Assembly (NCBI RefSeq): GCF_000008625.1
Contig: NC_000918.1
Span: forward strand, 1,440,001-1,472,000
DNA length: 32,000 nt
Direction: 5' to 3'
Source: Aquifex aeolicus VF5
Lineage (GTDB): Bacteria > Aquificota > Aquificia > Aquificales > Aquificaceae
Below are positions 8,818-16,739 of this stretch, in pieces; position 1 is the first letter of the stretch; the number at the start of each line of letters is the position of its first letter. A program made the position numbers and the translations under genes. The notes below the pieces were generated by a model. The model worked only from the letters and a program-made list of their open reading frames with translations. It was not told the DNA's origin and ran no database searches.

Positions 8818-10275
8818 CTAAATATTAATATAACCCCCAATACTTTTTACGTATCCGATAAATTGTTTATAAACCTCGTCGGAAGATAAGGTTTTTTCGT
8901 TTCCTAGGGTTATGAGTTTTCTTCTCGCCCTAGTAAGTGCAACGTTTAACCTTCTGTAATCCTTTAAAAATCCTATCTCACCCTTTTCATTTGAACGCAC
9001 GAAGGAGATTATTATCACTTCCTTTTCCCTGCCCTGAAAACCGTCAACGGTTTTAACTTCCACTTCAAAATCCTTTAAAAGTTCCTCAAGGAAGTTAACT
9101 TGATCCTCGTAAGGGGAAATTACGCCTATGTGTTCGCTTCTGAGTCCGATTTTCATTAAGTACTCTACTATCTTTACCGCAACCTTTGCCTCTTCTTCGT
9201 TGTAAAAGGATGTGCTTCCCCTTCTTTGTTTTTCCTTTCCTCTTACGTTTATAAAAACTACTACCTTTTCCGGTTCCAGTACGCTTTTGAAAGGTTCAGG
9301 GATTTCCTTCAGTTTTTCTGGATTAATTAGATCTTTTATTGTGTGATTTTCAACACTTTTATCCGCAATGAGTTTTCCTTCGTAAAACATTTTGTTGGAA
9401 AACTCCATTATTTTCTTGTTCATTCTGTACTGAATTCTCAAAATTTCGTATATTTCTTCCCCGTAAAGGTCTAACAGTCTCTCGAAGAGTGTGTAAGAGA
9501 GAGCCTCTTGAGCTTCTTGACTGAGGACCGTTGGAGGTAATTGTTTGTGATCTCCAGCCATTATGAGTTTCTTGCCTTTTATTAAAGGGATTAAACAGGA
9601 GGGTTCTGTTGCCTGAGTAGCCTCGTCTATGATTACAACGTCAAAGTTCAGGTTCTGAAGTACTTCGCTCCCTGCGGTTGAGTTTGTGGTACACACAACC
9701 TGTGCCCTTGAAAGTATTTTGTTTACCGCCTTTTCTTCTTCTTTTTTGGCTTTTTCGTAGAGTTCTTTTACCTTTTCCTGTAGTTTTATCCACTTTGCCA
9801 TACTCCTGAGGATTTTGGGAGAAAGACCTCTCACGGGTGTTCCCGTTTTTGCCCTTTTTAGTATTTCTTCGTCGGATAGCCCTCTCCTGTACCTAGGTTC
9901 AGGTTTTACGTACTTTTTTTGCTCCTCTTTTAAGTTGTCTATTTCTTCGTAAATCTTTCTCGCTTTATCAAATTCTGGTTCAAACTGAACAAGGTAATCA
10001 AGCGTATGCCTCTGTATAGTTTTTAAAACTCTTACGGGGTTTCCAACTCTTACTACTTTTACATTTTCCCTTACAAGTCTTTCCACGAGGTTGTCAACCG
10101 CAACGTTTGAGTCGGCGGTAGCGAGGACTTTATAACCTTCTTGTGCAAGCCTTTTTATGCATTCCACTAAAGTGGTGGTTTTTCCCGTTCCGGGAGGACC
10201 GTGTATGAGGAATACTTTTTCGGCTTTTAAAGCCCTTTCAACTGCCTTTTTCTGATACGCGTTGAGTTTTGTCAT
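8818..10275 (-). CDS. Superfamily 1 helicase, Upf1/Sen1/DNA2-like (AAA_11/AAA_12-type core)
   Basis: Motifs present: GPPGTGKT (Walker A), VIIDEATQ (motif II), AGDHKQLPP (III), TVDGFQGREKEVIIIS (V), NVALTRARRKL (VI). The ORF is open to 10410, but I place the start at the internal ATG at 10273-10275 (MTKLNAYQKKAVERAL). The longer form would overlap plsC and adds no conserved sequence. Confidence 0.8.
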   Translation of the reverse strand: MTKLNAYQKKAVERALKAEKVFLIHGPPGTGKTTTLVECIKRLAQEGYKVLATADSNVAVDNLVERLVRENVKVVRVGNPVRVLKTIQRHTLDYLVQFEPEFDKARKIYEEIDNLKEEQKKYVKPEPRYRRGLSDEEILKRAKTGTPVRGLSPKILRSMAKWIKLQEKVKELYEKAKKEEEKAVNKILSRAQVVCTTNSTAGSEVLQNLNFDVVIIDEATQATEPSCLIPLIKGKKLIMAGDHKQLPPTVLSQEAQEALSYTLFERLLDLYGEEIYEILRIQYRMNKKIMEFSNKMFYEGKLIADKSVENHTIKDLINPEKLKEIPEPFKSVLEPEKVVVFINVRGKEKQRRGSTSFYNEEEAKVAVKIVEYLMKIGLRSEHIGVISPYEDQVNFLEELLKDFEVEVKTVDGFQGREKEVIIISFVRSNEKGEIGFLKDYRRLNVALTRARRKLITLGNEKTLSSDEVYKQFIGYVKSIGGYINI

Positions 10276-10300
10276 TCCTGATTTATATACTAAAACACTG

Positions 10301-10936
10301 ATGTGCCCCTTAACACCTGTAGGTAAGTACTTATTACTGCCCTTGTGGCTAGGTGTAAGGCCCTTCTTCAGAGCTCTCTTTAGGATTGAAGTGATAGGGA
10401 AGGAGAACATTCCGGAGGGAGCGTGTATTGTAGCTTCAAATCACAGGAGTCATTTAGACCCTCCCGTTTTGAACGCAGTGTTTCCGGAACCTCTGGTTTT
10501 TCTTGCAAAGGAAGAACTCTTTAAACCTCCCTTCGGCGGAATTTTAAAGCACATGAGAGCTATACCCTTAAGAAGGGGCTCGGAAGATATATCCACCTTG
10601 GAGGAGTGTGTAAGTTTACTGAAATTGGGCTGTAAGATCGGGATATTTCCGGAAGGCACGAGGGCAAACCCCGGGGAGTTTAAAAGGGCAAAACCGGGGG
10701 TCGGTTTCCTCGCAATAAACAGCGGTTTTCCCGTTCTCCCCGTTTACATAGATGGAACAGACAGAGCTTTCCCGAGGGGGAAAAAGTTCCCAAAACCCTT
10801 CGTAAAGGTAAGTGTGGTTATAGGAAAACCTTTGGAATTCAAGGGTTTAGAACCCAGCGTTAAGAACTACAAGAGAGTTGCAAACGAGATAATGGAAGAG
10901 ATTAAAAAGCTCGCTCAGTCCTTGCACAGGAAGTAA
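10301..10936 (+). CDS. plsC: 1-acyl-sn-glycerol-3-phosphate acyltransferase
   Basis: Acyltransferase motifs NHRSHLDP (HX4D) and IFPEGTR. The ORF track starts at a TTG at 10262; the first ATG is at 10301. The exact start is uncertain. Confidence 0.8.
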   Translation: MCPLTPVGKYLLLPLWLGVRPFFRALFRIEVIGKENIPEGACIVASNHRSHLDPPVLNAVFPEPLVFLAKEELFKPPFGGILKHMRAIPLRRGSEDISTLEECVSLLKLGCKIGIFPEGTRANPGEFKRAKPGVGFLAINSGFPVLPVYIDGTDRAFPRGKKFPKPFVKVSVVIGKPLEFKGLEPSVKNYKRVANEIMEEIKKLAQSLHRK

Positions 10937-11556
10937 AAGTAAACCTCCTTTGCTCCGCTTTCAAGGAGTGTTTTTGATACACTCTTCGCAGTGCTTCCCG
11001 TAGTCAGGATGTCGTCAAACACAAGAACTCTTTTTCCCTTGACATTTCCCCTTACTTTGTAAGCACCTTTAAGAAGCCTTTCCCGTTTGCTCGCTTTGTA
11101 CTTTGCAAGGGGACGGGCGTACTTTACTCTTCTTATTACCTTTTCGTAAGCCACTCCTAAGTGTTTCATTATTTCCTCGTTGTGGTCAAATCCCCTCGTC
11201 CACCACCTGAAAAAGTGAACGGGAACGAAGGTAACGAGGTCCGGTTTTACCCTCTCAAGGTATTCGTAAAAGTGAGTCTTAATTTTTTCCGCGAATATCT
11301 TTGAGAAGGGTTTTACGGAGTTGAACTTGTAGAAAAGAATGGCTTCCCTCAGGACACCCTCGTACTTTCCGAAAAACTCGTAATCTTCAAGGTAGGAAAT
11401 TTCAGGCAAATCTTCAAAAAACTCGTGTGGCTTTATACTCTCTATACACTCCTCGCATATAAAACCCTGATCCTTCGGCTTAAAAGGCTTTTGACAAACC
11501 TTGCAGGTATTTTCAGAGAGAAAGAGAAGGTCAAGGAGCCTACCCAACAACTTCAT
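10915..11556 (-). CDS. comF: ComF-family protein / predicted amidophosphoribosyltransferase
   Basis: 213 aa with N-terminal zinc-finger cysteines (CKVCQK...CEEC) and a C-terminal PRTase motif (VLVFDDILTTGSTAKSV). Confidence 0.8.
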   Translation of the reverse strand: MKLLGRLLDLLFLSENTCKVCQKPFKPKDQGFICEECIESIKPHEFFEDLPEISYLEDYEFFGKYEGVLREAILFYKFNSVKPFSKIFAEKIKTHFYEYLERVKPDLVTFVPVHFFRWWTRGFDHNEEIMKHLGVAYEKVIRRVKYARPLAKYKASKRERLLKGAYKVRGNVKGKRVLVFDDILTTGSTAKSVSKTLLESGAKEVYFYFLCKD

Positions 11557-12904
11557 AAGTCCTGTACTTCCACTTTGCCCCTAAACTCTTTGCGAGTTCT
11601 TCCGTTTTTTTCATATCTACACCGTCATAGTCCACCGCGGAAACTATGACCTCAAAGCCGAGCCTTTTTGCTTCCTTTATGAATTCTATTACTTTTTCGA
11701 AGGCGTCTTTCTGTGCAGGTCTGCAAACTGCGTTATACGTTTCTGGATCAGGAGCATTCAAACTCACAGAAAAAGTATCCACAATTCCTTTCAACTCCTT
11801 TAATTTCTCCTTCGGAAGGAACGTAAACATAAGGCCGTTAGTGTCAACTCTCACTTTTCCGCCTCTTTCCTTTACCCACTTTGCTATTTCTTTGAGTGCT
11901 GAAAACCTTAAGGTAGGCTCTCCGTATCCGCAAAAGACTACCTCTTCGTACTTTTTAGGGTCTCCTATTTCCCTTATTACCTCTTCAACGCTCGGATCCC
12001 TGTCCACCCATACCCAGTGCCCCTTTACCCAGAAGTTTCTCTCCCTTTCCCTCTGGCAAAATACGCAGTGGAGGTTACACTTATTCGTTAAGTTTATGTA
12101 AAGCTTGTTGTTTATCACGTACGTTATTGTGTTTTTTTTTACCTCGCCGTTTAAGTTAAAGGCGAGTTTGGCATTCTGTGTAGTCATCCTGTCCACGTCT
12201 TCCAGAGAAGTGTTAGGAAGTAGCTCTGCTAAAACCTGAGCGGTGTAGAAAATATTGGTAGGCTTGTTGGGCTTACCCCTTACGGGCTCTGGTGCTAAAA
12301 ATGGAGAGTCCGTTTCGAGGAGTATCCTTGAGGTAGGTGTCCTTTTCGCAACTTCCCTTACACTTTCGGCGTTTTTGTAAGTGAGTATCCCAGAATAAGA
12401 AATGAAGAAGCCCATATCCACGGCTTTTTTCATGGTCTCATATGAACCCGTAAAGCAGTGCATAACTCCCCCGACTTCGTATGCCCCTTCTTCCCTCAGT
12501 ATTCTTATAGTTTCTTCTTCTGCATCTCTCATATGAATGACAACGGGAAGACCAAGTTCCTTCGCTATCTGTATCTGCTTTCTGAAGATTTCCTCTTGTT
12601 TCTTTTTGTCGGAGTAGTTCTTGTAAAAGTCCAGTCCTATCTCTCCGATAGCTCTTACTTTAGGATTTTCTTCCGCGAGCTTTTTCAACCAGTCCAGGTC
12701 TTTATCGGTTACCTTGTCCGCCTCGTGGGGATGAAAGCCAATCGCTATGTAAACCTTATCGTAATTCTTAGCAAACTCTATGGCATTTTTAATAGTCTTT
12801 CTGTCAAAACCCACGTTTATCAAATACTCAAGTCTTTCGTCTTTGAAGGCTTCTTCCCTGTCTTCCTTCTTTAAGAGGTCTAAATGGCAGTGCGTGTCTA
12901 TCAT
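11540..12904 (-). CDS. Fusion protein: TatD-family metal-dependent hydrolase (N-terminal, about 255 aa) + radical SAM domain (C-terminal, about 195 aa)
   Basis: The N-terminus MIDTHCHLDLL and the motifs GEIGLDFY, VVIHMRDA and LLETDSPFL are typical of TatD. The C-terminal half carries CNLHCVFC (CX3CX2C, a radical-SAM 4Fe-4S cluster motif) and a GYGEPTL SAM-binding motif. Confidence 0.85.
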   Translation of the reverse strand: MIDTHCHLDLLKKEDREEAFKDERLEYLINVGFDRKTIKNAIEFAKNYDKVYIAIGFHPHEADKVTDKDLDWLKKLAEENPKVRAIGEIGLDFYKNYSDKKKQEEIFRKQIQIAKELGLPVVIHMRDAEEETIRILREEGAYEVGGVMHCFTGSYETMKKAVDMGFFISYSGILTYKNAESVREVAKRTPTSRILLETDSPFLAPEPVRGKPNKPTNIFYTAQVLAELLPNTSLEDVDRMTTQNAKLAFNLNGEVKKNTITYVINNKLYINLTNKCNLHCVFCQRERERNFWVKGHWVWVDRDPSVEEVIREIGDPKKYEEVVFCGYGEPTLRFSALKEIAKWVKERGGKVRVDTNGLMFTFLPKEKLKELKGIVDTFSVSLNAPDPETYNAVCRPAQKDAFEKVIEFIKEAKRLGFEVIVSAVDYDGVDMKKTEELAKSLGAKWKYRTYEVVG

Positions 12905-12936
12905 GGGATTAATAATATAAGAACGGGAATTTTTGA

Positions 12937-13012
12937 ATGGTAGGCGGGGCGGGACTCGAACCCGCGACCTCCGCCTTGTAAGGGCGGCGCTCTCCCAACT
13001 GAGCTACCCGCC
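12937..13012 (-). tRNA. tRNA-Val (anticodon TAC), 3' CCA encoded
   Basis: The reverse complement folds by hand into a cloverleaf: AGGCGGG-TA-GCTC-AGTTGGGA-GAGC-G-CCGCC-CTTACAA-GGCGG-AGGTC-GCGGG-TTCGAGT-CCCGC-CCCGCCT-A-CCA. The anticodon loop CTTACAA gives anticodon TAC. Confidence 0.9.
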
Positions 13013-13033
13013 TTGTTTATAAATAAAAAAAGA

Positions 13034-13111
13034 GTGGCACCCCCGGCGGGATTTGAACCCGCGTTTCCGGCGTGAAAGGCCGGCGTCCTAGGCCAGGCTA
13101 GACGACGGGGG
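13034..13111 (-). tRNA. tRNA-Glu (anticodon TTC), 3' CCA encoded
   Basis: The reverse complement is GCCCCCGTCGTCTAGCCTGGCCTAGGACGCCGGCCTTTCACGCCGGAAACGCGGGTTCAAATCCCGCCGGGGGTGCCA. The acceptor stem is GCCCCCG/CGGGGGT (one G-U pair), the anticodon stem-loop is CCGGC-CTTTCAC-GCCGG, and the T arm is GCGGG-TTCAAAT-CCCGC. Confidence 0.9.
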
Positions 13112-13154
13112 CTACCACTCTTCCGTTTTTCTTATCACCCACCTGACAAAAACA

Positions 13155-13183
13155 TATTATACATAACCACAAATTTCTTGTCA
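13155..13183 (-). promoter_or_regulatory. Consensus sigma70-type promoter for the tRNA-Glu/tRNA-Val transcription unit
   Basis: The minus strand reads TTGACA (13183-13178), then 17 nt (agaaatttgtggttatg), then TATAAT (13160-13155). Both hexamers are perfect and the spacing is optimal. The element lies about 40 nt upstream of the tRNA-Glu 5' end. Confidence 0.6.
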
Positions 13184-13188
13184 AGACT

Positions 13189-13548
13189 TTAAACTTCTTC
13201 TTTCATTCTCTCTATTAGCTCCTTAATTACCTCGTCCGCTTCGGGGTTTTCTTCCCTTGCTATTATTAGCGTCTCTCCATCCCTGTCCAGAACGAGAGCG
13301 TAAAGCTTTAGTTCCTTAACGTCGTTTTCTAGAGCTACCTTCGTCAATCTAGATACGAAGTTCTCAACACTTTCTGCATCTTTGGGGTTTACCCTTTGCT
13401 CAAATACATCTACACTTTCTTCGTCTACTTCTTCCTCCTTAGGTATAAACACGGCGTAAACGGTTGCCTCTTCGGATAAACCGGTTTTTTCTAAAAAGCG
13501 TTTAAAGAGTTCTTCAACCTGTTGTCTCATTAAGTGCGTTATGCTCAT
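13189..13548 (-). CDS. Small, very acidic hypothetical protein
   Basis: 119-aa ORF. Its ATG overlaps the stop of the upstream GltD-like gene (ATGA at 13545-13548). I recognise no motif. Confidence 0.55.
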   Translation of the reverse strand: MSITHLMRQQVEELFKRFLEKTGLSEEATVYAVFIPKEEEVDEESVDVFEQRVNPKDAESVENFVSRLTKVALENDVKELKLYALVLDRDGETLIIAREENPEADEVIKELIERMKEEV

Positions 13549-14975
13549 TTCCTTACCTCCTTGTTACTCATTAAGTATTCGTGTATGTACTTTGCAGCTT
13601 CTTTTCCATGAGCAAGGGCAACTACTACCCTGTCACCGCCGTTTATAACGTCTCCTCCCGCAAATACTCCCTCTAAATTGGTCTCGTACCTTTCGTTCAC
13701 CTCAATCGTCCCCCACTTCGTCGTTTTTATTCCGCTTCCTTCGTAGGCTATTGGGTTTGCCCTCTGCCCTATCGCGAAGATAACCGAGTCGCACTCAATA
13801 ATGTGTTCGGAATTAGGTACTGGAACGGGTCTCGGTCTTCCGCTCTCGTCGGGCTCACCCAGTTCCATCTTTATACACTTGAGCCCTACAACTTCTCCTT
13901 TTTCGTTCCCTATAACTTCCACGGGCTGGGTTAGCCAGTGTATCTTCACTCCTTCTTCCATAAGGTGATCCCACTCTTCCTGTCTTGCGGAAGAGGTTTC
14001 TCTGGTTCTCCTGTAAACTACGTGGGTCTCAACTCCCAGTCTGTTTGCAGTTATGGCACAGTCTACCGCAGTAAATCCACCGCCTATTATTACGGTTCTC
14101 TTCCCGAGTTCTACGGGAACTCCCTTTTTAGGAAACTCGTTTGCCTTGTAGAGGTTTACCCTCATCAAAAAGTCTATCGCGGAATAAACCCCTTTCAGGT
14201 GGTCCCCCGGAAGTCCGAGTTTTCCTCGTCCCGCACCAACCGCTATGAATACAGCGTCGTATTTCTCCCTCAATTCCTGAAGGGTTATGTTCTTTCCTAT
14301 TAAGTATCCGTAAAAAAACTTTATCCCGAGTTTTTCAAGTCTCTTGACTTCCCACTCTATTATGCTCTTGTCCAGTCTGGCGTTGGGAATTCCGTAGTAC
14401 ATAACACCGCCGGGCTTCGGGAGAGCTTCGTAAACGTGCACTTCGTGTCCTTTTTTTGCAAGCTCATGGGCACAGGAAAGCCCCGCTGGTCCCGCCCCTA
14501 TTACCGCAACCCTAAATCCCGTAGGGGGTTCCTTTTCTTCTTCTATTTCTATTCCAGATATCCTTATAAAGTCTCCTACGAACTTCTCAAGTGCTCCGAT
14601 TGCAACCGGAAGACCTTTGTTCTTTCTATTCCTGACCGTGTCGTAGTAAAGGATGCATGAACCTTCACACTGCCTTTCCTGAGGGCAAACTCTCCCGCAT
14701 ATTGAGGGAAATATATCGGATTGAGTTATTACTTTGTACGCACCCACCAAATCACCTTCCGTTATTTTCTTTATAAAGCCGGGAATGTCCACGTGAACGG
14801 GACAGCCCTTTATGCACCTCTGTTCGGCGTCTTTACAAAATAAACAGCGCTGTGCCTCGTCAAGGGCTAAATTTACGGAGTATCCGAGTTCAAACTCCCT
14901 GAAGGTTTTTACCCTTTCTTCTGGCGGGAGAGTGGGTTCTTTATTCCTGTCAAGGTAGCGAATCTTCTTTGCCAT
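13545..14975 (-). CDS. gltD: Glutamate synthase small-subunit-like NAD(P)H-dependent FAD/Fe-S oxidoreductase (GltD/NfnB/SudA family)
   Basis: 476 aa. It has an N-terminal Cys cluster (CLFCKDAEQRCIKGCPVH...CGRVCPQERQCEGSC) and two Rossmann dinucleotide motifs (VAVIGAGPAGLSCA and VIIGGGFTAVDCA). Confidence 0.8.
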   Translation of the reverse strand: MAKKIRYLDRNKEPTLPPEERVKTFREFELGYSVNLALDEAQRCLFCKDAEQRCIKGCPVHVDIPGFIKKITEGDLVGAYKVITQSDIFPSICGRVCPQERQCEGSCILYYDTVRNRKNKGLPVAIGALEKFVGDFIRISGIEIEEEKEPPTGFRVAVIGAGPAGLSCAHELAKKGHEVHVYEALPKPGGVMYYGIPNARLDKSIIEWEVKRLEKLGIKFFYGYLIGKNITLQELREKYDAVFIAVGAGRGKLGLPGDHLKGVYSAIDFLMRVNLYKANEFPKKGVPVELGKRTVIIGGGFTAVDCAITANRLGVETHVVYRRTRETSSARQEEWDHLMEEGVKIHWLTQPVEVIGNEKGEVVGLKCIKMELGEPDESGRPRPVPVPNSEHIIECDSVIFAIGQRANPIAYEGSGIKTTKWGTIEVNERYETNLEGVFAGGDVINGGDRVVVALAHGKEAAKYIHEYLMSNKEVRK

Positions 14976-15014
14976 AGGTTAAGATGATAAACTCTCCTTT
15001 AAGATATTCAAGTT

Positions 15015-15485
15015 ATGGAATCATTAAAAGAGACTCTGGAAGCTTTCGTTGAGGGGTACGGATACATAGGTATATTCTTAATAGCCTTTACGGAAAGCAT
15101 AATCCAACCAGTTCCTCCGGATCCATTTATAGCCGGAGCGACAGCCTTCGGGTTAAATCCCTTAATTTCGGCCCTCGTTGCAACCTTGGGAAGCGTTCTA
15201 GGGGGACTCGTTGCCTACTTCCTCGGAAGAGTATTCGGTGAACCTGTAGCAAAAAAATTACTCGGTGAAGAGAAATTTTTAAAAGCGGAAGCCTTTTACC
15301 ACAGGTACGGAGTCTGGGCTGTCATAATAGCTGGCTTGACTCCCATACCCTTTAAGGTATTTTGCTGGCTTTCGGGAATACTCGAACTAGAAGTGGGGAG
15401 GTTTACTTTGGCTTCCTTTATAGGCAGGTTTCCGAGGTTTTTCCTCTTTGCCCTGTTTGGACACTCAATTCAGGGTTTCCTATAA
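15015..15485 (+). CDS. DedA/YqaA-family (SNARE-associated) inner-membrane protein
   Basis: 156 aa and multi-TM. It carries the family-typical segment FTESIIQPVPPDPFI and a G-rich reentrant region. Confidence 0.7.
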   Translation: MESLKETLEAFVEGYGYIGIFLIAFTESIIQPVPPDPFIAGATAFGLNPLISALVATLGSVLGGLVAYFLGRVFGEPVAKKLLGEEKFLKAEAFYHRYGVWAVIIAGLTPIPFKVFCWLSGILELEVGRFTLASFIGRFPRFFLFALFGHSIQGFL

Positions 15486-15496
15486 AATATTTCCTT

Positions 15497-15835
15497 ATGA
15501 GTTTCTTAGTGTTTGTAAGCATGACTCCGCTCGGAAAAGGAGAGAGTGTAAGCCAGTACGTTGCGAGGGTTGTTGACATTATAGATAAATCCGGACTGCC
15601 TTACGTCCTCACTCCCATGGGAACGATAATAGAGGGAGAAGACTGGGACGAGGTTATGGAAGTTCTAAAAAAGGGCTTTGAGGCACTGAAGGAGGACTGT
15701 AACCGTATATCTATAACTATGAAAATAGATTACAGGAAAGGAAAGAAGGGAAGGCTTATTCAAAAGGTTAAATCCGTTCAGGAGAAGATAGGAAGGGATA
15801 TAAACATAGCTACCGTTGAAGAAAAGAAGGAATGA
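15497..15835 (+). CDS. UPF0045 / MTH1187-YkoF family small protein (thiamine-binding-like fold)
   Basis: The ORF track opens at 15362, but the family-typical N-terminus (MSFLVFVSMTPLGKGESVSQYVARVVDIIDKSGLPYVLTPMGTIIEGE) starts at the ATG at 15497. The upstream extension would overlap the DedA gene. Confidence 0.7.
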   Translation: MSFLVFVSMTPLGKGESVSQYVARVVDIIDKSGLPYVLTPMGTIIEGEDWDEVMEVLKKGFEALKEDCNRISITMKIDYRKGKKGRLIQKVKSVQEKIGRDINIATVEEKKE

Positions 15836-16727
15836 ATGAGTTAATAGAAAAGGCTAAGTTCTTCAGGAAGCCCTGCCTTACATACGGGAATTTCACGGAA
15901 AGGTTTTCGTGATAAAGTACGGCGGTTCCGCAATGCACGACGAGGAACTCAGAGAGTCCTTTGCTAGAGACGTGGTTCTTTTAAAGTACGTGGGAATAAA
16001 CCCGGTAATCGTTCACGGAGGGGGACCACAGATAAGCAAAACACTGGAGAAATTCGGTATAAAACCCAAATTTGTAGGGGGAATGAGGAAGACTGACGAG
16101 GAGACAATGCACGTAGTTGAGATGGTGCTTTCAGGAGACATAAACAAGGACATAGTAGCCCTTATAAACAGATACAGTGGGGAAAAGATTTACGCGGTCG
16201 GACTGTCGGGCAGGGACGGAAGACTCTTGAAGGCTAAAAAGTTAGACAAAGAGAGGTATTTCTCCGAACTCGGGCTTCCCGTTCCTGAGGAAGATATCGG
16301 GTTTGTAGGGGAAATAGTGGACGTAAATGAAGAGCTTATATTTACTCTGCTTTCCCACAACTTCATCCCAGTAATAGCTCCCGTGGGAGTAGGGGAAGAA
16401 GGTGAGGCTTACAACGTAAACGCGGACCTCGCAGCCTCGGAAATAGCGGGAGAGATTAAAGCGGAAAAACTCATATACCTTACCGACACAAAAGGTGTCC
16501 TTGACGAAAAGGGAGAGTTAATTTCTTCCCTTTCAAAGGATAAGGCGGAAGAATTAATTAAGAAGGGAGTAATTAGGGAGGGAATGATTCCAAAGGTTCG
16601 TTCCGCCCTTAGGGCACTTGAGAAGGGTGTTAAAAAGGTTCACATAATAGACGGGAGGGTGAAGCACTCTATACTCCTTGAGGTTTTCACAAAGGAGGGG
16701 GTGGGAACTGAGATTACTCTGGAATAA
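15832..16727 (+). CDS. argB: Acetylglutamate kinase ArgB; the N-terminus is interrupted by an apparent single-base deletion near 15858 (uninterrupted ORF 15909-16727)
   Basis: The body has the VIKYGGSAM and VHGGGPQI amino-acid-kinase motifs. The conserved N-terminal ArgB motif VLQEALPYIREFHGKVFVIKYGG is in frame with the body from 15858 but is preceded by an in-frame TAA (15855-15857). The natural start context (ATG 15832, ATGA overlap with the upstream stop, MNELIEKAK) is in the +1-offset frame. Confidence 0.85.
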
Positions 16728-16739
16728 ATTAAAAAATTT

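Noticed and set aside
10276-10410. 45-codon N-terminal extension of the helicase ORF that overlaps the plsC start region.
   Set aside because: The extension has no helicase-like sequence and would force a 110-150-nt divergent overlap. The internal ATG at 10275 immediately precedes the conserved N-terminus. The start remains uncertain.
12937-13111. The tRNA pair as a possible integration site for a genomic island or prophage.
   Set aside because: There is no integrase, no direct repeat of the tRNA 3' ends, and no compositional break next to the tRNAs. The flanking genes are ordinary metabolic genes.
15362-15496. Upstream extension of the UPF0045 ORF (overlapping the DedA gene), and the analogous extension of the CDF ORF at 18912-18968 (overlapping rlmI).
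   Set aside because: The family-typical N-termini begin at the downstream ATGs (15497 and 18969). The extensions are out-of-frame read-through of the neighbouring genes' 3' ends.
15850-15860. Programmed ribosomal frameshifting as the explanation for the argB (about 15858) and SpoVG-like (about 24516) frame breaks.
   Set aside because: There is no slippery heptamer (X XXY YYZ) or known +1 shift site, and I see no downstream pseudoknot or hairpin. A single-base indel in a short G or C run is the simpler explanation, whether real or a sequencing error.
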